Shown piece after piece: positions 1-13,064 of a stretch of DNA of 60,000 nucleotides. Numbering within the stretch: position 1 is the first letter of the stretch; each line of letters starts with the position of its first letter. The notes under the pieces were generated by a model. The model saw nothing but the letters and a program-made list of their open reading frames with translations. It had not been told where the DNA came from and ran no database searches. The stretch covers positions 33,172,001 through 33,232,000 of the forward strand of contig NC_086108.1 of the NCBI RefSeq assembly GCF_963921235.1, given 5' to 3'. This DNA is from Mobula hypostoma. Taxonomy: Eukaryota. The translations under genes were made by a program, and so were the position numbers.

Positions 1-2603
1 AAGGGGTTTGTGAACCCCAGGATGGGAACTTCTAAAAGAAAATGGGCTTCCTGGCAATACCCCAATAAGGAACAATCCCTAGAACTAATGTTGAATGAAG
101 GTATGGTTGTCCATTTAATGAGGCCTTTGTGAATAATGGAAATTTTCTCAAGTAATGCCAAAATGAAAATTGTAAATTATCTGATGTCACTCTATTTGCG
201 AATCATTGAGAATCATTGGACCTGGTTCAGAATTTGATGAATGCACCATTGGCACACAAAGCACCTGATCAAATTTCTCAATTATATTTAAAAACATATG
301 CAACAACATAAATATGGCATGATGCAATAACAATTCTAGGTCTGTATAATTCAGTACAATCAATCATTCTTTGACACTTCAAGACATGGATATTGTACAC
401 GCTCCCCCTCATTAGGAAAACCTTACTTCAGGTATCAGAGTAGGAAATGCCCCTATGGCAAATGTATCTTCCCTGAAGCAAGAAAATCAAAATAGTATGC
501 AGTGCTCCCAGATGTAAATTCACCAAAGCTATGTATAATCACAGCAAGCCTTCCTCAAACTTCTTCTCTTGAAGGGTTAACATACCATGAACCTTACTAA
601 TTTCCTTCTCCTGCATGTTAACCTTCTGTGTATTGTGTCCAATAATACTCATATCCTTCTCATTTTAAACATTTATTCAGCTGTCAGTATCTGCAGAGCA
701 GTGACTCATCTCAGTGAGTAGACTGGCAGATGTACAATCCCTCTACAGTGTTAGAAAATGTAAATAGGTTTGATGCTGGAAAAGGATTAAATATTTCAAT
801 GTAGCATTTTTTTTCTTGTCTGCTGATGGGTTTTAACCATATGAATTACATGCACTGCACTTATGATTTTCTGGCATATAATAATGTTTCCTCAAATGAA
901 ATTGCTTGTTAAGATGCAAGTTCCATCATAAGCCATGTAATTTCACAGCAGGTGTCTGATTTCAGTAAGTAACTGCACAAAAACTCCTAATTTTAACCAT
1001 TTCAAACTTAGTCCTAAAGTTGTGAACCTTCTTCTCAGATGGGTTGATCTACTTCAATTAATGATAAAAAAAATTCTACAGCCATGGCATCTTGCTGCTG
1101 CTTTTGATAGGTGATTTCACAGAAGTGATTTAGTGTGCTCTGATTTCCCTGCAAGACTTCTTTATTCAGTGTTTGGAAGGTTTCCAGATCAAGGTTTTAT
1201 GATATTGCTCGTCTGCTGGAACATATTCAGATAACAAACCCTATGCTTCAAAAACATTGTGAAATGCCTATAGTCATGTTGTTTTGCTGGAAGAGAATGA
1301 TAAACAGAATGGTGTCTTGCAGGAGAGGCAGAAATCAAAAACGGTTGCTATGTTAGTTGTTACTGTTTTATTTTAGTAATCTTTCTGATCTGATAATCTT
1401 ATGGCAAGAATATTTGCAAAGAATGCCTGCCTGACATAAACCAAGCAAACACCAAAGTGCATTGTTTTTCTAGGCCTGCAGTGATACCCTGAAGACTAGA
1501 TGCATTTTTCTCTTGAAAGTGCAATTTTAAAATGAACCGGCTTTGTAAGATTTTTCGCAGCAACATGCATGAAGAACTATTGTAAGATACAAATGAACAA
1601 CTTGGACTTAAGCAGGTCTTCAATGCTTTAGATCAGTAGATCCCAAACTTTTCTGGGTTTCTGCCCCCTTGGGTCCCAGACCACATCCTCAGTGCACCCC
1701 TCTCCCTTTCTGGCCATTATGTAAATACTATAAAGTAATTTGATTTATGATGCACGGAGAAAGAAAATAATAACTGCAAATTCAAAGCAGTGATAAATAA
1801 TTGCAAAAGTTATTCTAATCTATTTAAAGCTATAAAAATATTTATTTATTTAATTACAAAAAAAAACTATTTTCATCAACAATTTTAGTGTGTAGGTTTG
1901 TAGTCCAGCTATTCACTACTTCATTGCTTTTTCACTTTTCAGTGAGATGAACTGGCCTGGTGCAGTGATTTCAGCTTCTCAATATTCGGCTGAATGTCAC
2001 CCAGAAGGCGTGTCAGATACCCATGTTCAGTCATTTTCAATCTGTTTCATTGCTTTAAAAGAAGTTCAGCGACTGCATTCAAACCATGCTCCTCTAAATT
2101 TAATGTTGGAAAGGCAGTAAAGAACATCTTGATCTTTTTCGACAGTACAGGAGAGCATTTGGAGATTTCTTTCTGCAACCAGATGTCTACATATGATTTT
2201 TTGAAACTTGGCTTCAGCTCAGTCATTTTGTAGCAAGATGACTTCTTTCTCCATTCTTCCTGTTAATCCCTCATTATAAGTGTTAAGGAATGGCCAATCT
2301 GGAATTTGGATTGAAAGAAGATCCTGAAATCTCTGACGTCTTTATGCAGCTCATCCAGGTGGGCACAGTATACTTGAAGATCATCATCTGATATTCTTTC
2401 CATCTCTTCCAACTCAGAGAGGCCCAGAAATTGGAAAAGATCGTGATGGACAATGTTGTGCTTAAATAGACTTAACTCAGACAGAAATGTGGAGATAAGT
2501 GATTTGACTTTGATAAGATTCACATAATTTCCTTGCAGTTGAAGGATGATTTTATTCAACTTTGCAAATAATTCTGACAAATATACAATGTCATGCCTAA
2601 CAT

Positions 2604-3128
2604 TAATTCCACTTCCCATACCTATTCCGACATGTCAGTCCATGGCCTCCTCTACTGCTGTGCTGAGGCCACACTCAGGTTGGAAGAGCAACACCTTATA
2701 TTCCATCTGGGTAGCCTCTAACCTGATGGGATGAACTTTGATTTCTCCAGAAATTTCTTCCGGTAATGCCCCTTCCTCCTTCACCATTCCCCATTCCTAT
2801 TACCCTCTCTCACCTTATCATCTTACCTATTCATCACCCCCCTCTGGTGCTCCTCCCCCTTTTCTTTCTTCCATGACCTTCTTTCCTTGTCTATCAGATT
2901 CCTACCTCTCCAGCCCTGTACCTCTTTCACCAATCAACTCCCCAGCTCTTTACTTCACCTGTCACCTTGTGTTTCTTCCTCCCCCGCCCCCCACACTTTC
3001 TTACTCTGACTCCTCATCTTTTTTTCTTCAGTCCTGATGAAGGGTCTTGGCCCAAAAAGTCAACTGTACTCTTTTCTACAGATGCTGCCTGGCCTACTGA
3101 GTTCCTCCAGCACTGTGTGTGTGTTGTC
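2604..3128 (+). mobile_element. Penelope-like element (PLE) 3' fragment: GIY-YIG C-terminus plus 3' UTR
   Basis: Encodes 'NSTSHTYSDMSVHGLLYCCAEATLRLEEQHLIFHLGSL..DGMNFDF', followed by a pyrimidine-rich UTR and a degenerate hammerhead motif. Homologous to 23633-24203. Splits the hAT reading frame, with an aacatt/aatatt duplication. Confidence 0.75.
3029..3066 (+). ncRNA. Degenerate minimal hammerhead ribozyme motif (PLE-associated)
   Basis: cagtc-CTGATGA-a-gggtcttggccc-AAAAAGTC-aactg. The GAAA box is mutated to AAAA, so this copy is probably inactive. Confidence 0.55.
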
Positions 3129-3815
3129 CAATATTCTTGAGTTTCCTTACTGAATGAAGCATTCAAGTCTTCAAAGAATTTTATCATAGTTTCGAAAAGC
3201 ACATGAGTGTCTCAGTCAGTTTCCTTTTGAGAGTCACCTGACTTGTGTGTGGAACAACAAGTGTTCAAACTGTTCATTATTCTCAATACAAAGTTCTCAA
3301 AATAGTCTAGAATTGAGAGCATGAAGCTTTATTTTATTTACCACTGTGATAACAGTATTTAATGATTTTTGTGACAAGATATTGTTTGTGAATTATACAG
3401 GAAATGATACAGTAAATATACAAACGTTTGTATTAGGTACAGCTTTCATTAGGAAGGTAATAACCCCACAGTGAAGTCCTGTCATTGATGGTGCCCTATC
3501 TGTTGCACATGTAAGAATGTTAGTGAATGGAATGACCTTTTCTTTGAAAAATTGCTCAACAAGCCAAAATATGTATTCCCCTTCATATCTGTTTCTAGTC
3601 CCCTTCCAAACAGCAACTCTTGAACCATTCTTTCATCTTTTATGAATTGAATATAACCAAGAAGCAAAGACTTGCTACCTGGCAAAGTTGTCTGATCCAA
3701 TTGCAGAGCAAATTAGGTTGTTCTGAGTATGTTGCACAATGTGCCTTCCACATTTTCAGGCATTTCATTTATTTCTCTTTGAACAGATTTGTCGCTGAGC
3801 AGAATTGCTTTAATT

Positions 3816-6798
3816 AACCAGAGTGTAGGAACAGATGTAGGGGAGAAGGAAGAAAAAGAAAATAGTAAAGTTGTTTGCACCGTTAGTGATAAACAGAGAG
3901 TAAGAGGTGGAAAATTTCTTAAATGCATTTGTTTTAATGCTAGGAGCATTATAAGAAAGGTGGATGAGATTAAAGCATGGGTTGATACCTGGAAGTATGA
4001 TGTGGTAGCTATTAGTGAAACATGGTTACAGGAGGGGAGTGATTGGCAACTAAATTTTCCTGGATTTAATTGTTTCAGGTGTGATAGAATCAGAGGGACA
4101 AGAGGAGGAGGTGTTGCATTGCTTGTCAGAGAAAATATTACAGCGGTGCTCTGGCAGGATAGATTAGAGAGCTCATCTAGGGAGGCTATTTGGGTGGAAT
4201 TGAGGAATGGGAACGGTGTAGTAACACTTATGGGGGTGTATTATAGACCACCAACTGGGGAGCGAGAATTGGAGGAGCAAATTTGTAAGGAGATAGCAGA
4301 TATTTGTAGTAAACACAAGGTTGTGATTGTGGCAGATTTTAATTTTCCACACATAGACTGGGAAGCCCATACTGTAAGAGGGCTGGATGGTTTGGAGTGT
4401 GCAAGATGTGTGCAGGGTAGTTTTTTGCGACAATACATAGAAGTACCAACTAGAGAAGGGGCAGTGTTGGATCTCCTGTTAGGGAATGAGATAAGTCAGG
4501 TGATGGAGGTTTGTGTTGGGGAGCACTTCGGGTCCAGTGATCACAGTGCCATTAGTTTCAATATAATTATGGAGAAGGATAGGTCTGGACCTAGGGTTAA
4601 GATTTTTGATTGGAGAAAGGCTAACTGTGAGGAGATGCGAAAGGATTTAGAAGGAGTGGATTGGGACAATTTGTTTTATGGGAAGAATGTAATAGAGAAA
4701 TGGAGGTCATTTAAAAGTGAAATTTTGAAGGTACAGAATCCTTATGTTCCTGTTAGGTTGAAAGGAAAGGTTAAAAGTTTGAGAGGGCCATGGTTTACAA
4801 GGGATATTGGAAACTTGGTTCGGAAAAAGAGAGATAACTACAATAAATATAGGCAGCGTGGAGTAAATGAGGTGCTCGAGGAATATAAAGAATGTAAAAA
4901 GAATCTTAAGAAAGAAATTAGAAAAGCTAAAAGAAGATATGAGGTTGCTTTGGCAAGTAAGGTGAAAATAAATCCCAAGGGTTTCTACAGTTATACTGAT
5001 AGCAAGAGGATAGTGAGGGATACAACTGGTCCCTTAGAGAATCAGAGTGGACAGCTATGTGTGGAGCCAAAAGAGATGGGGGAGATTCTGAACAATTTAT
5101 TTTCTTCAGTATTCAATAAGGAGAAGGATATTGAATTGTGTAAGATAAGGGAAACAGGTAGAGAGGTTATGGAAACTATGTTGATTAAAGAAGAGGAAGT
5201 ACTGGAGCTTTTAAGACATATAAAAGTGGATAAGTCTCCGGGTCCTGACAGGATATTCCTTAGGACCTTGAGGGAAATTAGTGTGGAAATAGTAGGGGCT
5301 TTGACAGAAATATTTCAAATGTCAGTAGAAACGGGGACGGTGCCGGAGGACTGGCGTATTGCTCATGTGGTTCCATTGTTTAAAAAGAGCTCTAAGAGTA
5401 AACCTAGCAATTATCGGTCTGTGAGTTTGACGTCAGTGGTGGGTAAATTGATGGAAAGTATTCTTAGAGATGGTAGATATAATTATCTGGATAGACAGGG
5501 TCTGATTAGGAACAGTCAACATGGATTTGTGTGTGGAAGTTCATGTTTGACAAATCTTATTGAATTTTTTGAAGAGGTTATTAGGAAAGTTGACGAGGTT
5601 AAGGCAGAGGATGTTGTCTATTTGGACTTCAGTAAGGCCTTTGACAAGGTTCCACGTGGAAGGTTAGTTAGGACGGTTCAATCGTTAGGTGTTAATATTG
5701 AAGTAGTAAAATGGATTCAGCAGTGGCTGGATGGGAGATGCCACAGAGTAGTGGTGGATAACTGTCATATTGGGGCCGGTGACTAGTGGTGTGCCTCAGG
5801 GATCTGTACTGGGTCCAATGTTGTTTGTCATATACATTAATGACCTGGATGATGGGGTGGTAAATTGGATGAGTAAGTATGCAGTTGACATTAAGATAGG
5901 TGGAGTTGTGGATAATGAAGTAGTTTTTCAAAGCTTGCAGAGAGATTTAGGCCAGTTAGAAGAGTGGGCTGAAAAATGGCAGATGGAGTTTAATGCTGAA
6001 AAATGTGAGGTGCTACATTTTGGTTGGACTAATAAAATAGGACATACATGGTAAATGGTAGGGCATTGAAGAATGCAGTAGAACAGAGTGATCTAGGAAT
6101 AATGGTGCATAGTTCCGTGAAGGTGGAATCTCATGTGGATAGGGTGGTGAATCAAGCTTTGGGTATGCTGGCCTTCATAAATCAGAGCATTGAGTATAGG
6201 AGTTGGGATGTAATGTTGAAATTGTACAAGGCATTGGTGAGGCCAAATTTGGAGTATTGTGTACAGTTTTGGTCACCGAATTATAGGAAAGGTGTCAACA
6301 AAATAGAGAGAGTACAGAGAAGGTTTACTAGAACGTTACCTGGGTTTTATCACCTAAGTTACAGAGAAAGGTTGAAGAAGTCGGGTCTTTATTCTTTGGA
6401 ACGTAGAAGGTTGAGGGGGGATTTGATAGAGGTATTTAAAATTATGAGGGGGATAGATAGAGTTGACGTGGATAGGCTTTTTCCTTTGAGAGTGGGGGAG
6501 ATTCAAACAACAGGACATGAGTTGAGAGTTAAAGGGCAAAAGTTTAGGGGTATCATGAGGGGGAACTTTACTCAGTGAGTGGTAGCTGTGTGGAGTGGGC
6601 TTCCAGCAGAAGTGGTTGAGGCAGGTTCGATGTTGTCGTTTAAAGTTAAATTGGACAGCTATAAGGACAGGAAAGGAATGGAGGGTTATGGGCTGAGTAC
6701 AGGTTGGTGGGACTAGGTGAGAGTAAGAGTTTGGCACAGACTAGAAGGGCCAAGATGGCCTGTTTCCATGCTGTAATTGTTATATAGTTATATGGTTA
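3816..6798 (+). mobile_element. CR1 LINE, 5'-truncated, near-complete ORF2 (APE endonuclease + RT) and 3' UTR
   Basis: ORF 3789-5786 has APE motifs (NARSI, ISETWL, YRPP, DFNFP, SSDH) and RT motifs (KSPGPD, YLDFSKAFDKV). It continues after frameshifts in 5770-6054 (GVPQGSVLGP; YADD mutated to YAVD) and 6048-6578. 3' octamer tail ttatatag/ttatatgg. ttaatt duplication at 3810-3815 and 6799-6804. Confidence 0.95.
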
Positions 6799-8344
6799 TT
6801 AATTGGTCTCTTGACTTATGTAACACAGTACTCAGAACGTCCCTTACTACTGGCAGAATCAGTTCTTCCCCCTACTGTATATGGATTTGAATTGTTGTAT
6901 GAAGCATGCAAATTGTCACTGTCATGTTGTGAGGTGCTGGCAAAGTTACTTAAGTGTTTTCCATTTCTGCAAGTTTTCACAAAGTGACTCAAAATAAGTC
7001 AAGTTCTTGTTTACTCTATCAGTCTATTGCCCTTACTTTACAGTGAGCTAAATAGTTTTGCAAAAATCACCCGAGATAGAAGTTTTCTTCAGGGTTCTTA
7101 ATGAAATCTTTTACTTGTGAATCTGCAGAAAGTAAAATATGTATTAAATTCAATACAGAAAAATCAGTGCATGCCTGAATATACTAATACTATTGATTAA
7201 TCTCACAACCAGTGTTAACCAAGTTAATACACATAGACAGCACTCCATAACTATGTAATGTAAACAAGAGTAAACTTGTGGTGCAATGATAAGCTTAAAC
7301 ATAATACATCCTTCAAAATACATCTACTAAGTGTTTACCAATATTAACAAAAACTTAAAGACTCACAGATATTGCTGTTTTAATGGCAGATAAAGATTGA
7401 AGATGTGTGTATTTCCACTGTGTGCTCCAAATTGAATCAAAACTAACCAGCAGAGGAAATGACAAAAAAAAACAGCTTACTAGAAAGTGATGCTCATACA
7501 AAATGAACTGCGCTTCTGGAGACCAGAACTAATGGAGTATGTTCACTTCACATGTTCAAGGACCTGGACCATTTCATTGCCTCATTTGGAAAAAAAAACT
7601 TTTCAGATAACCAACTCCTAGGCTGCTGTTGGTTGCTTGGTACTGGGATAAATCCATATTTCAGATACTGTACACTATACTGCCTACACATTTTCATTTG
7701 GTCTGCTTCTGCCATTTTCATTTTGGATTAATAACCATGATCAATCGCCTATTGTTCAAGTCCAACCCTAAGTGCTGCAATCAATAAAGGGGAAAGTCAT
7801 GACATAATGATAACTCAGGCATATCTGACTCTGCCTGAAGGTACATAAAGTGGGGCAGTGATATTTTGGTTGGGCCATGGACTAGAGAAATGTGGTCAAG
7901 ATCATTCAAAAGGGCAGATTCGGAACTGTACCCACTGAATGCCATACCCTAATTCACAGAAATTGTGTCACTGTGTGATTAGAGTATGGGAATCATACTA
8001 ACACTGTACCACAGTATTGAATGGCAATAATGCGTAGTGCACTGCTTTAGACCTACAAAATAATTTAATGGGAAATTGGCTAAGATCACAAATGGACTTC
8101 ACATTTATGACAATTATCTCCATTAAAGTGCTTTTAACTTGGTAAAATGCCCCAAGATACAACATCAAAAGTAGAAGGCAAGTAGAACGTAATAGGGAAA
8201 TATATCAGGGATATTTAAGAGACTCTTAGATAGGCACAAGGCTAGAGAAAAAAGGTAGTTATGTGGGAGGGTAGGGTTAGAATGATCTTAGAATAGGTTA
8301 ATGGGTCAGCATAAACATCGTGGCTGAGGGGCTGTACTTTATTA

Positions 8345-8938
8345 CACTCTGTGGCCACTTTATTAGGTACCCCACTGTACCTAATATAATGCCCATTGAG
8401 CGCATGTTCATAATCTTCTGCTGTTGTAGCCCATCCATTTCAAGGCAGAACATGCTGTGCATTCAGAGATGCTCTTCTCCACACCAGTTGTAGCACATGG
8501 TTATTTGAGTTACTGTCAGCTTGAAACATTCTCTGACCTCTCTCATTAACAAGGTTCTTTCGTCCACAGAACTGACATCTCACTAGATGCTTTTGTTTAT
8601 TGCACCAGTCTCTGTAAACTCGAGTGCAGGGGTTCCCACCTATTTTATACCATTCACCAAGAGGTCTGTGGACCCCAGGTTGTGAAACCCTGCTCTAGAG
8701 ACAGTTGAGCATGAAAATCCCACATCAGCAGATTAAGATCTCAAATCACTCTGTCTGGCACCAAGGATCATTCCACAGGAAAAGTTACTTACATCCTATT
8801 TCTTCCCCATTCTGATATTTGGTCTGAGCAACAACTGAACCTCATGACCATGTCTGCATGCACTGAGTGACTGCCACGTGATTGAAGCAGACAGTTAGTC
8901 AACCAATGAGCAGGCATACCTAAAAGTGGCTACTGAGT
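8345..8938. mobile_element. Non-autonomous Tc1-like DNA transposon
   Basis: Inverted termini (ta)cactctgtggccactttattaggtac ... tacctaaaagtggctactgagt; no coding capacity. Confidence 0.6.
8627..8692. mobile_element. Tiny hAT/Charlie-type MITE nested in the Tc1-like element
   Basis: Termini caggggttcccacct ... aggttgtgaaaccctg. The 8-bp flanks ctcgagtg / ctctagag match the Charlie target preference NTCTAGAN. Confidence 0.65.
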
Positions 8939-9068
8939 TCATGTTCTAATTTAATCCTGCAAATTTAGGGTAGATGATCAGAAGCTTAATCGGAATGGAA
9001 AGCCTAAAATGAGGAAGAAAAGGAGAAGATGATTGTTGAGAGAATTCCAGAGATTCAATACACGTCAG

Positions 9069-9917
9069 TGTTACGTACCCAGTAACTGGGTTGCCAAACC
9101 AGCAGAAATGGATCACTCAGTTGGAGTCTGGATTACTAGAACTAAGAAAGTTTTATTAAAGAAACAAGCAACACAGTAATCGAAAGGATAATAAATGCAA
9201 CAGTTCAGCAATGATAAACACACATGTGCACAGAATTAAGATAACAGCATCAATCAAGCTCTATCGTTGTCTAGGGGTAAATGACCAATTTCAAGGTGAC
9301 ACAAAGTTCAGTTCAATTTAGTTCAGTTTGCAGTAATTGTTGCCATGGCGATGGACAATGTTGGGGGGGGGAGGGAGAGAGAGAACGGGAATGACTGATC
9401 ATTCAGACACGGCTTCCACTCACAGACCAGCGATATGGCTCACAAGCAGCTTTTGGGCGGGTCCTTTGTGATGTCACCTGAGGTCACCGACTGTGACCCC
9501 TCCTCCAGATGCGGTCGATCCTCTGCAGTGAACCCGGCACCCAAGCGAGGGTGGACACACACCGGGTTCCCGCTGATCGTACCTTTCCACCCTGTGCGTT
9601 TAAGGTCCGGTACGTCCCACTGAGTCGTGAGAGGCGCACCGCTTCCAAGGTCTCGTTACCTCGGGTGTCGTGTGTGTCTTGCCTTAGCGAACCTGTCCCT
9701 TTTTATCCCCCTGCTGGGGTATCACCTGTCCATCACTTCAAACAGTTCAGGGTCCAAAGGGGGAGCCGCTCCAGACAGCTCTCTCTCCCGTCCCTTCATT
9801 ACACATCTCCAGATGCTGTTTCATTGTGTTCCTTATCTCTCTCTTGAAGACAGGTGGCAGACCAACTGCTGATCACACAGGACAGCTAACATCTTATCTA
9901 TGTGTATTCTTGTCACA
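9069..9917 (-). repeat. 3' LTR of the Gypsy element
   Basis: Direct repeat of 13065-13904, tgtta...tcaca. The adjacent PPT reads taaaggggggacg on the minus strand (9918-9930). Confidence 0.95.
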
Positions 9918-10090
9918 CGTCCCCCCTTTAAGGATTTTTACCGGGAGGTAAAAATTACAAACATGAATACATTATTTGATACACACACAAATATACATCT
10001 TTATCAGCTATTTGGCTAACACAGCGAGTTTGAAGTTGTCAACACCTTGACAGACAGTCATCACATTTTCTGTCCCTTTTATATGTGTTA

Positions 10091-10642
10091 TTAATAATAC
10101 CTTAGACCAGGCTCCAACTCAGCAAACTTCATAGTGGCCAAAAACACTGATGAATTTCGATCAATGTAACCTCTCATTTGGTTTTGTCCCGGACCACAAT
10201 AACAAGGGTCGTCCCATTCCGACTTAGTTTTCTCTCGCAAGGGCTTAGTAGGAGGGGGAGGGGTAGTGACCTCAGAGTTATTGCAAAACTTCCTACAGTA
10301 CCCCACCATCTCCAAGAGCCTTCTGAGGGCCCTCTTGTCTTTCGTGGTTGGGAGGTCAGCGATCGCCTGCACTGTAGCTTGCATCGCTGCCAGCTGCCCC
10401 TGTGTCACCACAATTCCCAGGTAAGTGACCCTCGTGTGGCCGAATTCATTTTTTTCAAGGTTCACTATCAAACTGGCTTCAGACAGCCGTATTAAATTGC
10501 CAATACACACCTCTGTGTTCGTCAGCCCTTTAGTCACTGAATTACTCATTATATATGGCTGTTGTTTGCTAGGCTGCCCTATTGTAACAGACATCACCCA
10601 ACGTCCCAGTTCTTTGCATCGCCTCGGGACAATCAAGCACAC
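10091..10642 (-). pseudogene. Eroded RT remnant of the Gypsy element
   Basis: 'RLSEASLIVNLEKNEFGHTRVTYLGIVV...VQAIADLPTTKDKRALRRLLEMVGYCRKF' matches the Gypsy RT C-terminal/thumb region. The YxDD position reads 'CIGN'. No RNase H. Confidence 0.8.
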
Positions 10643-10692
10643 GGGTGCGAGTCGTTTAATTACTTCTGCTAAAGATTCGCTTTGTTCGGGGA

Positions 10693-12966
10693 TTAAGGGA
10701 GAGACTTATCAGTAGACCTGGCCAAAACAATAGCCTTCTCCCATCTGATCGATCCCATACTAATCTTTTCAAAATGGTTTTTTCCTCTTATCAGGGGGCC
10801 CCTAGCTTCATTGATTTCCACGCTAACGCCGACTAGGTTTGTTAGCATATCAAAAGCCTGTGACCGTCTCAGTTCGCGTCGGTCATGATCAATAACATCC
10901 TTCCCCCTGGGCAGCCGGTAAACCTCTTTCATGATTCCACCAACTGCCTCCTCCAGCACCGCAAAATGTCCACCGGGGGGTACCTCGTGGGCCATGTTAG
11001 AAACCTCATCCCCATAACTCTTTTGCACCACCCCCCACTCCTCATCTGCGGGTACTGTACTTGATTTCCCTTTTTTCCTTAGCACTTCCTCCTCCACACA
11101 ATAGCCTACTAGTTCCCTTGTTAAAGCTGTGTCAGAGAGAGCTGTCTCTGCCGAAACCATCAGCCCCTCGTCTCGCTCCCGCGTCTGCACAAGTTCTTTC
11201 CTGGTTACTGCTACGTCTGTCCCAGCTCCCTCACTACCTCTTGTCTCACTACACCCCGTCTCATACAAGGTTGGCAGAAACGTTTCAGCTAAATTCACTA
11301 CCGCGGTCCCGTGATGAACCTGTGAGTCCATGGGCGGGGCCTCACTGCTGGCGGGCTGACCTGCCAATCTCACGACTGTGAACACGATTCCCCCGGCGAT
11401 GTCATTACCGAGCAAGACTTCCACACCTTTCATCGGTAATTCGGACCTCACCCCGATCGTGACTGGTCCAGAGACCAGGTTGCTCTGTAAGTGTATCTGG
11501 TGCAAAGGGACTGACTCTGTCCCTTCCCCAACACCTTTGACCTCTACCTCCCCAGTCTGGGTCTCTGAGCTAAACTCTAATACACTCTTCAGTATTAGTG
11601 ACTGACACGCTCCCGTGTCTCTCCAGATCCGCACTGGAACTGGTTTTAACCCCTCCTTCACTGACACCAATCCGGCCGAGATAAACCTCTCGCGCCCTTC
11701 CTGAACTTTTTCAGACCTGTCCTTCCCTAGCGGTTCGCTTAACAGCTTGATACAGCCATTCAAAATCGCTGTTTTTCCTTTTTCCGTCTCCTTCTTTGGG
11801 GCAAAGCACCTGGACGCAAAGTGTCCGGCTTTCCCACAATTATAACAGACGACCCCAGGAGACTTCCTACCAGACTGCTCCCGGTCTACCTTAACCTTCT
11901 CACTAGTCCCCGGCCTACTTTCTGACTTTTCCGGCGAACTCTCCCTGCTGTCCTGACTACCCTTCTGGTAGACTTTACTCGGGGCAAACTTCATTTTATG
12001 CGTCAACGCATACTCATCCACTAACTTAGCAGTTGCGGCAAACGTGGCTGCCTCTTTCTCATCGAGGTAGGGTCTCATACCCTCAGGGACACAACCTTTA
12101 AATTGCTCAATCAGGATCAGCTGTAGCAGTCTGTCATAATCCCCCTCTACCCCCTTTGAGGCGCACCAACGCTCACAATATGTCTGCGTCTCACGGGCAA
12201 ACTCCAAATACGTGCGGTCCCACTGCTTCCTTGCATTCCGGAACCTCTGCCGGTATGCCTCCGGGACCAACTCATAAATCCTGAGGATGGCCTCTTTTAC
12301 CACCTCATACCTCTGGGCATCTTCCGCGGACAAAGCTGAGTAAGCTTCTTGGGCTTTCCCTTTCAGTACACTCTGAAGTAAAACAACCCACTTATCCCTC
12401 GGCCAGTCCTGACTTATAGCCACTTTTTCGAAGTGGAGAAAGTACCGATCCACGTCGGTATCGTCAAATGGGGGAACCAGCCTAACCTCCTGGGTCGCCC
12501 GGAACCCTCCACCTTGGTTCGGCACGAGCCCCTGCTCGGCCCTTATCTTTAACTTCTCCAGCTCAAATTCCCTTTCCCTCTGTTTCTCCTCTCTCTCCAA
12601 CTGTCTGTCCCTCTCTTTCTCTTCTCTCTCCAACTGTCTCTCTCTCTCTTGTCTTTCTACCTCTCTCTCCTTCTCTTCTCGCTCCAACTGTCATACCCGG
12701 AACTCGTGCTCGAGTCTCAGTTTTTCAACCTGCACCTGTACCGCGTCTCCAGCAGGTTTTTCAATAGACACCACCCCCAGCTCGCCTTGGGGAAACACAC
12801 CTTTAGATACATAGTGCTCTACAATAGCTCTGTGCATCTCCTCTCTCCTCATTGTTGACTTCACCTTAGCAAGATTCAACCGTTTGGCCGCAGCTACCAA
12901 TTCCGATTTCCTGGCATCCTCTAATGCCTCCAAGGTCGGCGCCTTTATAAATTCCTCAGCCTCCAT
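10693..12966 (-). pseudogene. Gag-protease-(integrase N-terminal remnant) ORF, ~757 codons with one in-frame TGA at 12691-12693
   Basis: ORFs 12691-12966 and 10693-12687 are in the same frame. Contains an E/R coiled coil, a SCAN-like capsid (VPPFDD..YFLHFEK, YRQRFR, ILIEQF), a zinc knuckle CYNCGKAGHFASRC, protease motifs RDTGA and LLGND, and an integrase HH remnant 'AHEVPPGGHF'. Confidence 0.88.
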
Positions 12967-13042
12967 TTCTGCTGTTTGTCTTTTCTTTCTTTCGGGAATT
13001 TTAACCCAATCAATTTACTCCGTCCCAAATTTAGCGTTCAAA

Positions 13043-13060
13043 ATCCCGGACGAGCCCCCA
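13043..13060 (-). promoter_or_regulatory. Primer-binding site, tRNA-Pro
   Basis: The minus strand reads TGGGGGCTCGTCCGGGAT, the canonical tRNA-Pro PBS, 4 nt after the 5' LTR. Confidence 0.95.
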
Positions 13061-13064
13061 GTTA

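Larger units (their letters stand above)
1634..7130 (-). mobile_element. Degenerate hAT (Buster/SPIN/Charlie-like) DNA transposon, interrupted by a Penelope fragment and a CR1 LINE
   Basis: Charlie-type TIR-like end CAGTAGATCCCAAACTTTT at 1634. Minus-strand transposase remnants: 'EELILPVVRDVLSTVLHK' (~6815-6870), 'LLSDKSVQREINEM', 'DQTTLPGSKSLLLGYIQFIKDERMVQELLF' (3482-3700) and 'DIVYLSELFAKLNKIILQLQG' (2263-2600), resembling SCAND3/ZBED5/Buster transposases. The other terminus was not located, so the end coordinate is approximate. Confidence 0.75.

Noticed and set aside
1..1630. Possible exons or conserved non-coding elements in unique AT-rich sequence (also 7150-8150 and 13910-15000)
   Set aside because: No recognisable protein similarity or consistent splice structure by eye; this would need cross-species alignment.
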